A stretch of 64,000 nucleotides of DNA from an uncultured Chloroflexia bacterium (GCA_963807915.1 CAWEDO010000002.1:105502-169501), one strand, 5' to 3'. Counted from the stretch's first letter, positions 18,003-27,274 are shown. Translations and numbers: made by a program. The notes: generated by a model not told the origin, from the letters alone.

Positions 18003-19304
18003 CTACGGGCTGCCCACCGCCAGCGCCGCTTCCAGGGCCGCGTCACTGCCGGCGAAGTAGTCGGCGGCCCGCACCGGCAGCGCGATGTCTGGTTCGATCG
18101 TCAGGCGCGGGTCGTCCGGATCGGACTTCTGCCAGTAGCGGGTGCTGATCCCGACCCGCATCGGGGTGGCCAGGTGCTTCAGGTCGATGAAGATCACGTC
18201 ATCCCAGAAGTTGAGCCCGCCTCCCATCGCCTCGCCCACGAAGGTGGCATCGGTGCCGTGCTCCACCTCGGCGGCGAAGTTCGCCGCCGCGGAGAAGGTG
18301 ACCCGGTCGGTGATGACCACCAGCCGCCCGGGATGGGCGGCGGCGAAGTCCTCCAGCACGCTGAGCAGCGCGGGGTAGCTGTGGTTGTCCCCGCCCCCGT
18401 TCTGCCGCAGGTCCAGCACGATCCGCTCCACGGCGGGGTCCAGGGCCCGGTCGCGGATGGCGCCGACCGCCGCCGACAGGTCGCGGACCTGCGTGTACCG
18501 GATGTAGAGCGTGTGGCCGTCGGGGAGGAGCTGGCTGGAGATGATCTCGTCGGACGACAGGTACAGCGTGTCGGCGCGGTTCGGCAGCTGGGTCATCGCG
18601 TCGCCGCCGAGCTCCTCGAAGTAGTCGTCGAACGGCATCGGGGTAAGGGGCGCCGTGCGCTCGACCCCCTGCGCATCGGCGACACTGAGCTCGACCACCC
18701 CATCACCGATCAGCCCGAGTCCGCGCAGGACCTCGGTGCTCAACAGGAAGGCGGGGCGGAAGGCCGGCACGGTCGCCGGACCGTCGCGCGGGACGAGCGG
18801 CTCCAACGCGGCCAGCACGTCGGCGATGGGGTGGCCGGCAAGCGCCACGATCCGCTGGCCGACGATCTCCTCGTTCGGCGAAAGCGCCGCGGTGACGAAG
18901 AGTCCCTCCGCGAACTCGTACACGCTCATCGGCAGGATGGGCGCCTCGTACCCCGCCGCCGGAATCGCGAACTGGTGCCCGTCCCGCCCATGGCGGCTGA
19001 GAAGGGCCGTCACGCGCATGACCTCGACCACCGTCTCGTCCGGCGAGAGGCTGCCGAGCCTGCCCTTCAGGTCGTCGAGCGCCGCCACGAACTCGGCGCG
19101 CGGGATCCCGTGCCACGGTTCGGGGTGAATCTCCTCGAGCGCGTCCACGAGGTGATCGAGGTCGGCCCTGGCCGCTGCCAGGTCCGCGACCGACGGCCCG
19201 GCGGATCCATCGGCACTTGGCGACGGGCTCCCCGGGCTGCAGCCCACGAGCGAGAGGAAGAGGACCCCAAAGCCGAGCCGTCTTGCCCAATCGTGCACGC
19301 GCAC
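18003..19304 (-). CDS. S41-family peptidase-like lipoprotein
   Basis: Lipobox LVGCS; tail-specific-protease-like body; NGGG motif. Confidence 0.7.
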   Translation of the reverse strand: MRVHDWARRLGFGVLFLSLVGCSPGSPSPSADGSAGPSVADLAAARADLDHLVDALEEIHPEPWHGIPRAEFVAALDDLKGRLGSLSPDETVVEVMRVTALLSRHGRDGHQFAIPAAGYEAPILPMSVYEFAEGLFVTAALSPNEEIVGQRIVALAGHPIADVLAALEPLVPRDGPATVPAFRPAFLLSTEVLRGLGLIGDGVVELSVADAQGVERTAPLTPMPFDDYFEELGGDAMTQLPNRADTLYLSSDEIISSQLLPDGHTLYIRYTQVRDLSAAVGAIRDRALDPAVERIVLDLRQNGGGDNHSYPALLSVLEDFAAAHPGRLVVITDRVTFSAAANFAAEVEHGTDATFVGEAMGGGLNFWDDVIFIDLKHLATPMRVGISTRYWQKSDPDDPRLTIEPDIALPVRAADYFAGSDAALEAALAVGSP

Positions 19305-19359
19305 TGCCTCGCTGCGAAGTTACTACCACTTGGTAGTATCCCATGCGCGGCTGGAAGGT

Positions 19360-19827
19360 TCATCCGGCCTTCGCGGTTGCGTCCGTCGTGAGTTCCGCCA
19401 GGGCTGCGGCGGCGGCCTGCTCGATCTCGAGCAGCGCCCGGGACGCCTCCCCTGGTTCGCCGATGCGGGCCACGAACCGACGATAGGCTTCTTCGAAGGC
19501 CAGGCTGGCGCGCCGATGCGCCCTCTGACCCTGCCGCGAGAGATGCAGCATCCGCGATCGACTGTCGCTTGGGTTCCGCGTCTCGTCGAGGTGCCCGCGT
19601 TCACGCATGGCGCGGATGTAGTGCGAGACCGTGGTCGGGGGCATCCCCACCACACGGCCAAGCTCGGTCGGCGTCAGTGGCTCGAACTCGAAGAGCGCGG
19701 AGTAGACGGCGTAGTCATCCGCGCGCAGGCCGGCATCGGCCATGGCGGCGCCCAGGAGTGACTTCACCTGCTGCGAGGCCGCAAACAGGTCGAAGAGGAT
19801 CGAGGACCGGTTACGACGCGGCGCCAT
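19360..19827 (-). CDS. MarR family transcriptional regulator
   Basis: wHTH LTPTELGRVVGMPPTTVSHYIRAMRERGHL. Confidence 0.85.
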   Translation of the reverse strand: MAPRRNRSSILFDLFAASQQVKSLLGAAMADAGLRADDYAVYSALFEFEPLTPTELGRVVGMPPTTVSHYIRAMRERGHLDETRNPSDSRSRMLHLSRQGQRAHRRASLAFEEAYRRFVARIGEPGEASRALLEIEQAAAAALAELTTDATAKAG

Positions 19828-19846
19828 GGCCCGATGATACCGGCCC

Positions 19847-20113
19847 TCAGCCGTTGCGAATCTCGAGGTAGGCAGCCCCGCTGACGTCGATCAGGGTGCG
19901 CGACGGCGTGCGCACGATCCGCACCACCACGTCGCGGCAGATGCAGCAGCGCAGCGTGATCCCCGGGCCCTGCGTCCAGGCCAGGAGCGTGCCCATGGCC
20001 CCGACGTTGCCGCAGTGTGCGCAGCGGTGGACCGTGGCGGTCATCTCGAAGCCGAACAGCTCGGCGAGCTCCCCCGCCACCGCGTTCGCGTCCAGCATCA
20101 GCGCGTCGTGCAT
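19847..20113 (-). CDS. DUF6510-like small Cys-rich protein
   Basis: GAGGAGG RBS; HRCAHCGN...CCICRD. Confidence 0.65.
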   Translation of the reverse strand: MHDALMLDANAVAGELAELFGFEMTATVHRCAHCGNVGAMGTLLAWTQGPGITLRCCICRDVVVRIVRTPSRTLIDVSGAAYLEIRNG

Positions 20114-20127
20114 CGGATCGCCTCCTC

Positions 20128-20865
20128 TCAGCTCGTCGGTCCGAAGCGCTCGGTGCGCACCTGCGCCGGCGGGACGCCCAGCTCGACCAGCCCGTTGGCG
20201 GCGGCTTCGACCAGGAGCGTAGGGCCGCAGATGTAGACGAGCGGCGATGCGCCGGCGGCGGCGATCGCCTCGGCCAGCATCGCGCGATCGATGCGGCGGT
20301 CGTAGCCGGCCCAGCCGGGCGGCTGCGAGCGGGTGAGGGTCTGGATCACGCGCAGACCCGCATCGGCCGCCGCGAGCGACGCCAGCTCGTCGCGATAGAT
20401 CACGTCCTCGAAGTTCCGCGAGGAATAGAGCAGAACCGCGGGCGGCCTGCGGTCCGCCGATGCGCGCTCGCGCAGCATGGCCATCAGCGGGACCACGCCG
20501 GAGCCACCGGCGACCAGCAGCAGCGGGCCGCCCAGGTCCGGCTCCCAGACGAAGTAGCCGCCGATCGGCCCACGCACCTCGACCTGGTCCCCCACCTCGA
20601 CCGTGTCGTGGAAGTAGGGCGAGACCTCGCCGTCGGCGATCTTCTCGATCGTCAGGTCCACCTCCCCGCTGCGCGATGGGGGCGAGGCGATCGAGTACGA
20701 GCGCTGCGCCTGGTAGCCATCCGCCGCCGTCAGGCGCACGTCGTAGTGCTGTCCGGCCCGGTGCGCCCGCCAGGCGGGCAGGCGGAGCGTGAAGGAGCTG
20801 ACCTCGGGTGTCTCGGCGCGGATCGCGGTGACCGTCGAGATCTGCCAGGCGAGCGGCTCGGGCAT
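20128..20865 (-). CDS. ferredoxin-NADP reductase-like FAD/NAD(P)-binding oxidoreductase
   Basis: RSYSIAS FAD motif; GGSGVVP NAD motif. Confidence 0.8.
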   Translation of the reverse strand: MPEPLAWQISTVTAIRAETPEVSSFTLRLPAWRAHRAGQHYDVRLTAADGYQAQRSYSIASPPSRSGEVDLTIEKIADGEVSPYFHDTVEVGDQVEVRGPIGGYFVWEPDLGGPLLLVAGGSGVVPLMAMLRERASADRRPPAVLLYSSRNFEDVIYRDELASLAAADAGLRVIQTLTRSQPPGWAGYDRRIDRAMLAEAIAAAGASPLVYICGPTLLVEAAANGLVELGVPPAQVRTERFGPTS

Positions 20866-20880
20866 CGGCGCTGGATGCCC

Positions 20881-21516
20881 TCAGTCGCCCGAGTAGCGCT
20901 CTTCGCGCCAGGGGTCGCCGCGGTTGTGGTAGCCGAGCGACTCCCAGAAGCCGGGCTCGTCCTCCTCGCGAAGCTGGAGGCCGCGCACCCACTTGGCGCT
21001 CTTCCACAGGTAGAGGTGCGGCACCACCAGGCGGGCCGGCCCGCCGTGTGCCGGCTCGAGCGGCTCGCCGTCGTACTGCCACGCCACGAACGCCTGGTTG
21101 TTGAGCAGGTCGGTCAGCGGCAGGTTGGTGGTGTAGCCCCCGTACGAGTGGGCCGTGACGAACCGCGCCCGCGGCTCGATCTCAGCGGCGCCCAGCAGGT
21201 CGTCCAGGCTGACGCCGTGCCAGACCGTGTCGAGCTTCGTCCACTTGGTCACGCAGCTGATGTCCACGGTCCAGTCGCGCGATGGCAGTGCGGTGAACTC
21301 CTGCCAGCTCCATCGGACCGGTGCCTTCACCAGGCCGGTGATGGTGAACTCCCAGCTCTCGAGCGGCACCTGCGGCGTCGGACCCGCCGAGAGGACCGGA
21401 AATCCTTCGGTCAGGTACTGACCCGGCGGGATGCGGCCCGCCTGGTCGCCGGGATCGTGCGCGCGGCCCACGAAGCCGCGCGAAACGAATCGGTCGGTCA
21501 TGTCCACCGGCAGCAT
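20881..21516 (-). CDS. sulfite-oxidase-like molybdopterin oxidoreductase (MsrP/YedY-like catalytic subunit)
   Basis: Mo-cofactor Cys loop DISCVTKW; HSYGGYTTN; GGPARLVVPHLY. Confidence 0.85.
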   Translation of the reverse strand: MLPVDMTDRFVSRGFVGRAHDPGDQAGRIPPGQYLTEGFPVLSAGPTPQVPLESWEFTITGLVKAPVRWSWQEFTALPSRDWTVDISCVTKWTKLDTVWHGVSLDDLLGAAEIEPRARFVTAHSYGGYTTNLPLTDLLNNQAFVAWQYDGEPLEPAHGGPARLVVPHLYLWKSAKWVRGLQLREEDEPGFWESLGYHNRGDPWREERYSGD

Positions 21517-21535
21517 ATCCGGCTAGCATGGGCCG

Positions 21536-21814
21536 ATGAAGGGCGATCGAGTCGAGGCGGTGGTGGACACCGGCCAGGGGACGCAGACCTTCGAGATCGA
21601 GGCCACGCGAGCCGGCCGCCGGATCGAGGTGACCACCAGTCGCGGCGTCGTGGAGGTCAGCGAGGTGACCCGCGGCGGAACGCCGGTGCGCACCGGCCGC
21701 TTCATGTCGAGCCGATTGATCGCCCTCGTCGAGCACCCGGCCCACGAGGGCCGTGAGTCCAAGGTCGACGTCCAGACCCGGCGGCGGATCACCAAGGCCG
21801 GCGACGGACTCTAG
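21536..21814 (+). CDS. hypothetical small protein (weak call)
   Basis: ORF only; no RBS; only 19 nt from the divergent upstream gene. Confidence 0.3.
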   Translation: MKGDRVEAVVDTGQGTQTFEIEATRAGRRIEVTTSRGVVEVSEVTRGGTPVRTGRFMSSRLIALVEHPAHEGRESKVDVQTRRRITKAGDGL

Positions 21815-21929
21815 TCACCCGATCCGGGCCGAACGGCCCTTGCCCCGGGTGCGGGGCATGCCCACGCTCAGCTTGAACGTCGGCCATCCCGGCCGGCGGG
21901 CTGGGTGCCTTGCGCAAAGGGGCTCACGG

Positions 21930-22181
21930 ATGACGATCGGCGTCGCGGCCTGGAGGCCACTCGACATTGCCTCCGACCGCTGCAAGGGCTGCGAACTCTG
22001 TGTCGCGGCGTGCCCCAAGCACGTCCTCGCCCTGGACCTGACCGTCGTGAACGCCCTTGGCTACCACCCGATCCGCCTTGTCGACGCCGGGCCGTGCACG
22101 AGCTGTGCCTTCTGTGCACGGGTCTGCCCGGACGTGGTCTTCACCGTGTATGCGCCACCGAAGGCTGGGCCGACGTCGTGA
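21930..22181 (+). CDS. 4Fe-4S ferredoxin, 2-oxoacid:ferredoxin oxidoreductase delta subunit
   Basis: Two CxxCxxCxxxCP clusters; immediately precedes korA with a GTGA overlap. Confidence 0.7.
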   Translation: MTIGVAAWRPLDIASDRCKGCELCVAACPKHVLALDLTVVNALGYHPIRLVDAGPCTSCAFCARVCPDVVFTVYAPPKAGPTS

Positions 22182-23299
22182 CCGTCACGCTCGAGCAGCC
22201 GAAGGCCAGGCAGCCCGTGACCGCGGACCGTTCCCGCGTGCTGATGAAGGGCAACGAGGCAATCGCCGAGGCCGCCATCCAGGCCGGCTGCGACGCCTAC
22301 TTCGGCTACCCCATCACCCCGCAGGCCGAGCTGCTGGAGTGGATGGCGCGCCGCATGCCAGAGCTGGGCCGCGCATTCATCCAGGCGGAGAGCGAGCTGG
22401 GCGCCATCAACATGGGCCTCGGCGCGGCGGCCACCGGCGCGCGGGTCCTGGTCAGCACCTCCAGCCCGGGGATGAGCCTGATGGCGGAAGCGATGAGCTA
22501 CATGGCGGGCTCCGAGACCCCGCTCGTGCTCGTCAACGTGATGCGCGGTGGACCGGGCCTCGGAAGCATCGGCCCGTCGCAGAGCGACTATTTCCAGGCG
22601 GTCAAGGGCCATGGTCACGGCGACTACCGGATCCCCGTGCTGGCGCCGGCATCCATCGGCGAGGCGGTCGAGCTGGTGGCGTCCGCCTTCGAGATCGCGG
22701 AACGCTACCGGACGCCGGTCATCCTGCTGGCCGACGGCATCCTCGGCCAGGCGATGGAGCCCGTCGAGCCGCGGTTCCGGAAGCTGCGACGCCGGCACTT
22801 CGACTGGGCCCTGACCGGCGCCGATGGACGACCTCCGCGGGTCGTGCGCTCGTTGTTCCTGCAACCCGAGCGGCTCGAGGAGCACAACACCGCGCTCCAG
22901 GCCAAGTACGCCGAGATCGTGCGGCGGGAGGTCCGCTGGTCGGCCGAGCGGCTCCTTGACGCCGAGCTCGTGATCGTCGCCTACGGGACCGCCGCGCGCG
23001 TCGCGCGGTCGGCGATCGCCCAGGCCCGCGAAGAAGGGATCCCGGCCGGGCTCTTCCGCCCGATCAGCCTCTGGCCCTTCCCCGAGGCCGCCCTCCGGGC
23101 GCTCGGCGACCAGGTGCGCGGGGTGCTGGTGGTGGAGCTTTCCGCCGGCCAGATGGTGGAGGACGTGCGGCTGGCAATCGAGGGTCGCTGCCCGGTCACG
23201 TTCCATGGCCGCACGGGAGGGATGGTGCCCACCCCCGATGAGGTGCTCGCGCAGCTGCGAGCCCTCAACCTGCGAACCCGCTCCGGAGGCGACCGATGA
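22178..23299 (+). CDS. 2-oxoacid:ferredoxin oxidoreductase alpha subunit (alternative start ATG 22244)
   Basis: KGNEAIAEAAIQAGCDAYFGYPITPQ signature of KorA/PorA. Confidence 0.85.
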   Translation: MTVTLEQPKARQPVTADRSRVLMKGNEAIAEAAIQAGCDAYFGYPITPQAELLEWMARRMPELGRAFIQAESELGAINMGLGAAATGARVLVSTSSPGMSLMAEAMSYMAGSETPLVLVNVMRGGPGLGSIGPSQSDYFQAVKGHGHGDYRIPVLAPASIGEAVELVASAFEIAERYRTPVILLADGILGQAMEPVEPRFRKLRRRHFDWALTGADGRPPRVVRSLFLQPERLEEHNTALQAKYAEIVRREVRWSAERLLDAELVIVAYGTAARVARSAIAQAREEGIPAGLFRPISLWPFPEAALRALGDQVRGVLVVELSAGQMVEDVRLAIEGRCPVTFHGRTGGMVPTPDEVLAQLRALNLRTRSGGDR

Positions 23300-24102
23300 C
23301 CGCAACGACCACTGCTGCCCTCGAGTCGCCTCGTCCGGGACGGCTGATCTACCGCCGCCCGGAGCTCCTGATCGATCGGTCGACGCACTACTGCCCGGGC
23401 TGCGGCCACGGCATCATCCATCGGCTCCTGGCGGAGGTCCTGGGCGAGCTCGAGCTCGCGCCGCGCACGATCGCGGTGGCTCCCGTCGGATGCGCGGTCT
23501 TCGCCTACGACTACCTGGGCCTGGACTGGGTCGAGGCGCCGCACGGGCGCGCGCCGGCGGTCGCGACCGGCATCCGCCGCGTCCGGCCGAAGGCCTTCGT
23601 GCTCACCTACCAGGGGGACGGCGATCTCGCGGCGATCGGGACCGCCGAGATCATCCACGCCGCCGCCCGCGGCGAGCTGATCAGCGCCATCTTCGTCAAC
23701 AACGGCATCTACGGGATGACCGGTGGCCAGATGGCACCCACCACCCTCCTCGGCCAGCACACCACCTCCTCCCCTGGCGGTCGCGAGGCCACCGCCGCCG
23801 GCTACCCGATCCTCATGACCGAGATGCTGGCCCAGCTCCCGGGCGTCGCCTACGCGGCGCGCGGCTCCGTGGTCGATCCGGGGGCGATTGGCAAGACCAG
23901 GGCCATGATCAAGCGCGCATGCCAGGTCCAGCTCGACCGCGCGGGCTTCGCGATCGTCGAGATCCTGTCGAACTGCCCGGTCGGCTGGGACATGACCCCG
24001 CGCGAATCGATGGAGCACCTGCGGACCGTGGCCGACGTGTACCCCCTCGGGGTGCTGAAGGACAGCGGCAGCCCGGCGCCAACGGCGGGCGTGGAGGGCT
24101 GA
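23296..24102 (+). CDS. 2-oxoacid:ferredoxin oxidoreductase beta subunit (TPP-binding)
   Basis: CPGCGHG and GDGD TPP motifs; ATGA overlap with the alpha subunit gene. Confidence 0.9.
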   Translation: MTATTTAALESPRPGRLIYRRPELLIDRSTHYCPGCGHGIIHRLLAEVLGELELAPRTIAVAPVGCAVFAYDYLGLDWVEAPHGRAPAVATGIRRVRPKAFVLTYQGDGDLAAIGTAEIIHAAARGELISAIFVNNGIYGMTGGQMAPTTLLGQHTTSSPGGREATAAGYPILMTEMLAQLPGVAYAARGSVVDPGAIGKTRAMIKRACQVQLDRAGFAIVEILSNCPVGWDMTPRESMEHLRTVADVYPLGVLKDSGSPAPTAGVEG

Positions 24103-24103
24103 G

Positions 24104-24652
24104 ATGGAGCGATCGGTCGTCTTCGCCGGGTTCGGTGGCCAGGGACTCCTCTTCGCCGGCCAGATCCTGGCGCGCGCCGCCATCCGGGACGGCCTGGAGG
24201 TCTTCTGGATTCCCTCCTACGGCCCCGAGATGCGGGGCGGCACCGCCTCGTGCACGGTGATCGTCGGCGATGGGCCGATCGGCTCACCCGTGGTCGACCG
24301 CTTCGATGCCGCGGTCGTCATGAACCTTCCCTCGCTGGCGAGGTTCGGTCCGCGCCTCGCGTCGGGCGGCCTGCTGATCGTGAACTCCTCCCTGGCGGGC
24401 GACGCGGGCGAAGACGCACCCGGGGTGGAGCTCCGGATCGCCTGCACCGAGCTTGCCGCCAACGCAGGCAACGACAAGCTCGTCAGCGTCGTCGCACTCG
24501 GCGCGCTGATCGGGCGCCTTGGCTGGGTCTCGCGCTCGTCGATCGAAGCCGCCATTCGCGAGGTCGTCGGCCGCAAGCGCCCCGAGGTCCTCGACGCGGA
24601 CCTTGCGGCCTTCGACGCCGGGATCAGCGCCGGACAGCTCGCCGCTGCATGA
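24104..24652 (+). CDS. 2-oxoacid:ferredoxin oxidoreductase gamma subunit
   Basis: FAGFGGQG motif. Confidence 0.85.
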   Translation: MERSVVFAGFGGQGLLFAGQILARAAIRDGLEVFWIPSYGPEMRGGTASCTVIVGDGPIGSPVVDRFDAAVVMNLPSLARFGPRLASGGLLIVNSSLAGDAGEDAPGVELRIACTELAANAGNDKLVSVVALGALIGRLGWVSRSSIEAAIREVVGRKRPEVLDADLAAFDAGISAGQLAAA

Positions 24653-25226
24653 AGCCGGCGATCAGGCCGGTTGACCGCGAGCGCTGGCGCACCACGTAGA
24701 TCGCCAGCGCCACCATCGTCGACATCGCGGCCAGGACGGCAAAGGACGCCGCGCGGCCGAAGAGCACCCGCCCGCCCTCCTGGACCTCCAGGTTCGGGGT
24801 GATCGCGAAGACGGCAGTCCCGCCACGGGCCACCCGGATTCGGCCTCCGACGACGAAGCCGCTCCCCGCCGACTCCATGGTGACCGAACCGGCGGAGACG
24901 ATCGCCTGCGCGCCGCCCTGCGTGACGTGGGTGTCTCCACCGGAGACGATCATCCCGGCGCCTGCCTGGCGAATATGCATCTCGCCGCCGGCAAAGACGC
25001 TGCGCGCAACGACGCGCTCGAGCTCCACGTCATCGGCGGCCATCACCGCGCCGACCAGGGCATTCTTCATCTCGACGTCCACGCCGCGGACAAGTCCCGC
25101 CACCGAGGCGATCGCGCGGCGCGGCTCCGCCTCGACGATCGGTTCGAGGATTGGCTCGATCTCGACCGTCGGCGCATCCGGCTTCAGCTGCGTGGTCATG
25201 TGGTACCTCTCATCCTTGTCAGTCAT
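24624..25226 (-). CDS. bactofilin-like beta-helical repeat protein with C-terminal TM anchor
   Basis: Gly/Val-rich repeats (GVDVEM, GAGMIVSGGDTHVTQGGAQAIVSAGSVTM); C-terminal hydrophobic helix. Confidence 0.55.
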   Translation of the reverse strand: MTDKDERYHMTTQLKPDAPTVEIEPILEPIVEAEPRRAIASVAGLVRGVDVEMKNALVGAVMAADDVELERVVARSVFAGGEMHIRQAGAGMIVSGGDTHVTQGGAQAIVSAGSVTMESAGSGFVVGGRIRVARGGTAVFAITPNLEVQEGGRVLFGRAASFAVLAAMSTMVALAIYVVRQRSRSTGLIAGFMQRRAVRR

Positions 25227-25488
25227 CGGCGTACCAGAGACGCCTCACCAACCGTGCCCGCTGCGCGACGCTCATGCCAGAGCCGGACCGCCTGAAACCG
25301 CGGGCAGGTGCGTCCCGCTGGCCAGTGCCCATGAACGTGCTCTAGGTTTGCAGCACCGGATGTGGTACGGTACGAAGACAACGCCCCGAATGCGGGGCAC
25401 ATATCACCCGCGGCATCGACGTTCACTCCTCCTCACGGCTTTACGGCGAGACAGGATCGCTGAGGCCGCACGAGAAGGAGTTTTCTCT

Positions 25489-25842
25489 TTGTATACCCCC
25501 TCCACCTCCTATTCAGACAAGATCCTGGCCTGCGTCGACTGCAACCAGGAATTCGTGTTCGCCGCGACGGACCAGCAGTTCTACGCCGAGAAGGAATTCA
25601 GCGAGCCGCGCCGCTGTCCGTCCTGCCGGGCCGCCCGCAAGGCCGCTCGCGGTGAGAGCGGCGGCTCCAGCTACGGCGGCGGCTCCAGCTACGGCGGCGG
25701 CGGCGGCTCCAGCTACGGCGGCGGCCAGCGCGAGATGTTCACCGCCACCTGCGATGGCTGCGGCGGTGAGGCGCGCGTTCCGTTCCGCCCCACCGGCTCG
25801 AAGCCGGTCTACTGCAGCAACTGCTTCAGCACGCGACGCTAG
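25489..25842 (+). CDS. CxxC-x17-CxxC zinc-ribbon protein with SYGGG repeats
   Basis: GAAGGAG RBS plus TTG start; CVDC...CPSC and CDGC...CSNC; three SYGGG repeats. Confidence 0.6.
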   Translation: MYTPSTSYSDKILACVDCNQEFVFAATDQQFYAEKEFSEPRRCPSCRAARKAARGESGGSSYGGGSSYGGGGGSSYGGGQREMFTATCDGCGGEARVPFRPTGSKPVYCSNCFSTRR

Positions 25843-25859
25843 TCCGCATCGCGACCAGG

Positions 25860-25894
25860 GGCCCGGCGAGCAATCGCCGGGCCTCTTCGTTTTT
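25860..25894 (+). terminator. intrinsic terminator: 10-bp GC stem, GCAA loop, then TCTTCGTTTTT
   Basis: Read directly. Confidence 0.65.
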
Positions 25895-25935
25895 CGCCAC
25901 GATGAGGGAACCGGCGCCGGCCTCGCGGTGTACGG

Positions 25936-26508
25936 GTGGCAGAGGTGGAGGGCCGTCCACTGCTCGAACGTGAATGGATCGAACGGGCGCGACGCGGTGA
26001 CGCGTCCGCCTTCGAGGAGCTCGTGCGCCAGTACCAGGAGATTGCGTTCCGGACCGCCTACCTGGTGGTCCGCGACGCCGACGAGGCCCGGGACGCGGCG
26101 CAGGAGGGATTCCTTCGTGCGCACGCCGCGCTGGGGCGCTTCCGAGCCGGGGCTGAGTTCCGGCCGTGGCTGCTGCGCATCGTCGCCAACGCGGCCCGCA
26201 ACCGGAGACGGAGCGCCTCGCGCCGTGCCGATCTGGCGCTGCGCGCGTTCCGCGACGCAGCCTCGGGCGATGCGGCCCCATCGCCCGAGGTGCTGCTCCT
26301 GGCGGCCGAACGGCGGAATGAGCTGCTGGCCGCCATCAACGGGCTGCGCGAGGAGGACCGCCTGGTCATCACCCTGCGCTGGTTCCTGGATCTGAACGAG
26401 GAAGAGATGGCCGCGGTGCTGGCCTGCCCGCGCGGCACGGTGAAGTCGCGGCTGTCGCGGGCCACCACCAGGCTGCGCGCCGCGATCGGGGAGGCCGCAG
26501 ATGACTGA
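25936..26508 (+). CDS. ECF subfamily RNA polymerase sigma factor
   Basis: Sigma-70 region 2 (FRPWLLRIVANAARNRRR) and region 4. Confidence 0.85.
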   Translation: MAEVEGRPLLEREWIERARRGDASAFEELVRQYQEIAFRTAYLVVRDADEARDAAQEGFLRAHAALGRFRAGAEFRPWLLRIVANAARNRRRSASRRADLALRAFRDAASGDAAPSPEVLLLAAERRNELLAAINGLREEDRLVITLRWFLDLNEEEMAAVLACPRGTVKSRLSRATTRLRAAIGEAADD

Positions 26509-27268
26509 GCGGCTACAGCGGTCACTCGAGGATCGGCTGCTCGACCTCGGTTCGGCGGTCGCCTTCCCGCCGACGCCACCGCTCGCTGGCCTCGTAGCGG
26601 AGCGGCTGCGGCAGCCAAGCCGGTCGCCCGGCATGCACTTCGGCTGGCCGCTCGGCCGCGGGCTGGCCATCGCCGTCGCGGCCACGGTGCTGCTGGTGGG
26701 GATCGCGGCTGCCGTCGGCATCGGCCTGGGCGGGCTCCGGCTGACCTTCGGGCCTGCCTCGTTCTCCCCGCTGCCCTCGCTCGTCGCAGGACCGGGCCTC
26801 GGCCAGCCCACCTCGCTGGAGGAGGCGCGGCGCGAGGTGACCTACCCCCTGCGCGTTCCGGCACTCGGCGAGCTCGGCGAGCCGGATCTCGTCTATCTCG
26901 CCGACCCGCCGGCCGGCGGCGCGGTGACACTCCTCTATGCGGACCGCCCCGGCTTCCCGGCCGAGCCGGCCACCGCCATCGGGCTGATCGTGACCCAGTT
27001 CCGGGCCGACATCGGTCCGGAGTACTTCGAGAAGCTGATCGACGTTGGCGTCAGCGTCACGCCGACCTCGGTCGGGCGAAGCGCTGCCTGGTGGATCGCC
27101 GGCGGCGAGCACTTCTTCTTCTTCCGGGATGCGAACGGACGCCAGGTCGACTCGACGCTGCGTCTCGCCGGGCCGACCCTCATCTGGGAGGACTCCGGCG
27201 TGAGCTATCGCGTCGAGGGCGCGCCGTCGCTGCTCGACGCCGTCCGCGTCGCCGAGTCGCTCGAGTAG
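26501..27268 (+). CDS. putative anti-sigma factor / membrane protein
   Basis: 8-nt overlap with the sigma gene; single TM helix; extracytoplasmic domain. Confidence 0.6.
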   Translation: MTERLQRSLEDRLLDLGSAVAFPPTPPLAGLVAERLRQPSRSPGMHFGWPLGRGLAIAVAATVLLVGIAAAVGIGLGGLRLTFGPASFSPLPSLVAGPGLGQPTSLEEARREVTYPLRVPALGELGEPDLVYLADPPAGGAVTLLYADRPGFPAEPATAIGLIVTQFRADIGPEYFEKLIDVGVSVTPTSVGRSAAWWIAGGEHFFFFRDANGRQVDSTLRLAGPTLIWEDSGVSYRVEGAPSLLDAVRVAESLE

Positions 27269-27274
27269 CGCGAC

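Noticed and set aside
20017-21756. 579-aa plus-strand ORF
   Set aside because: Antisense to the FNR-like and sulfite-oxidase-like genes.
21536-21814. 92-aa ORF as a confident gene
   Set aside because: No RBS, and it lies only 19 nt from the divergent gene start. Kept only as a low-confidence feature.
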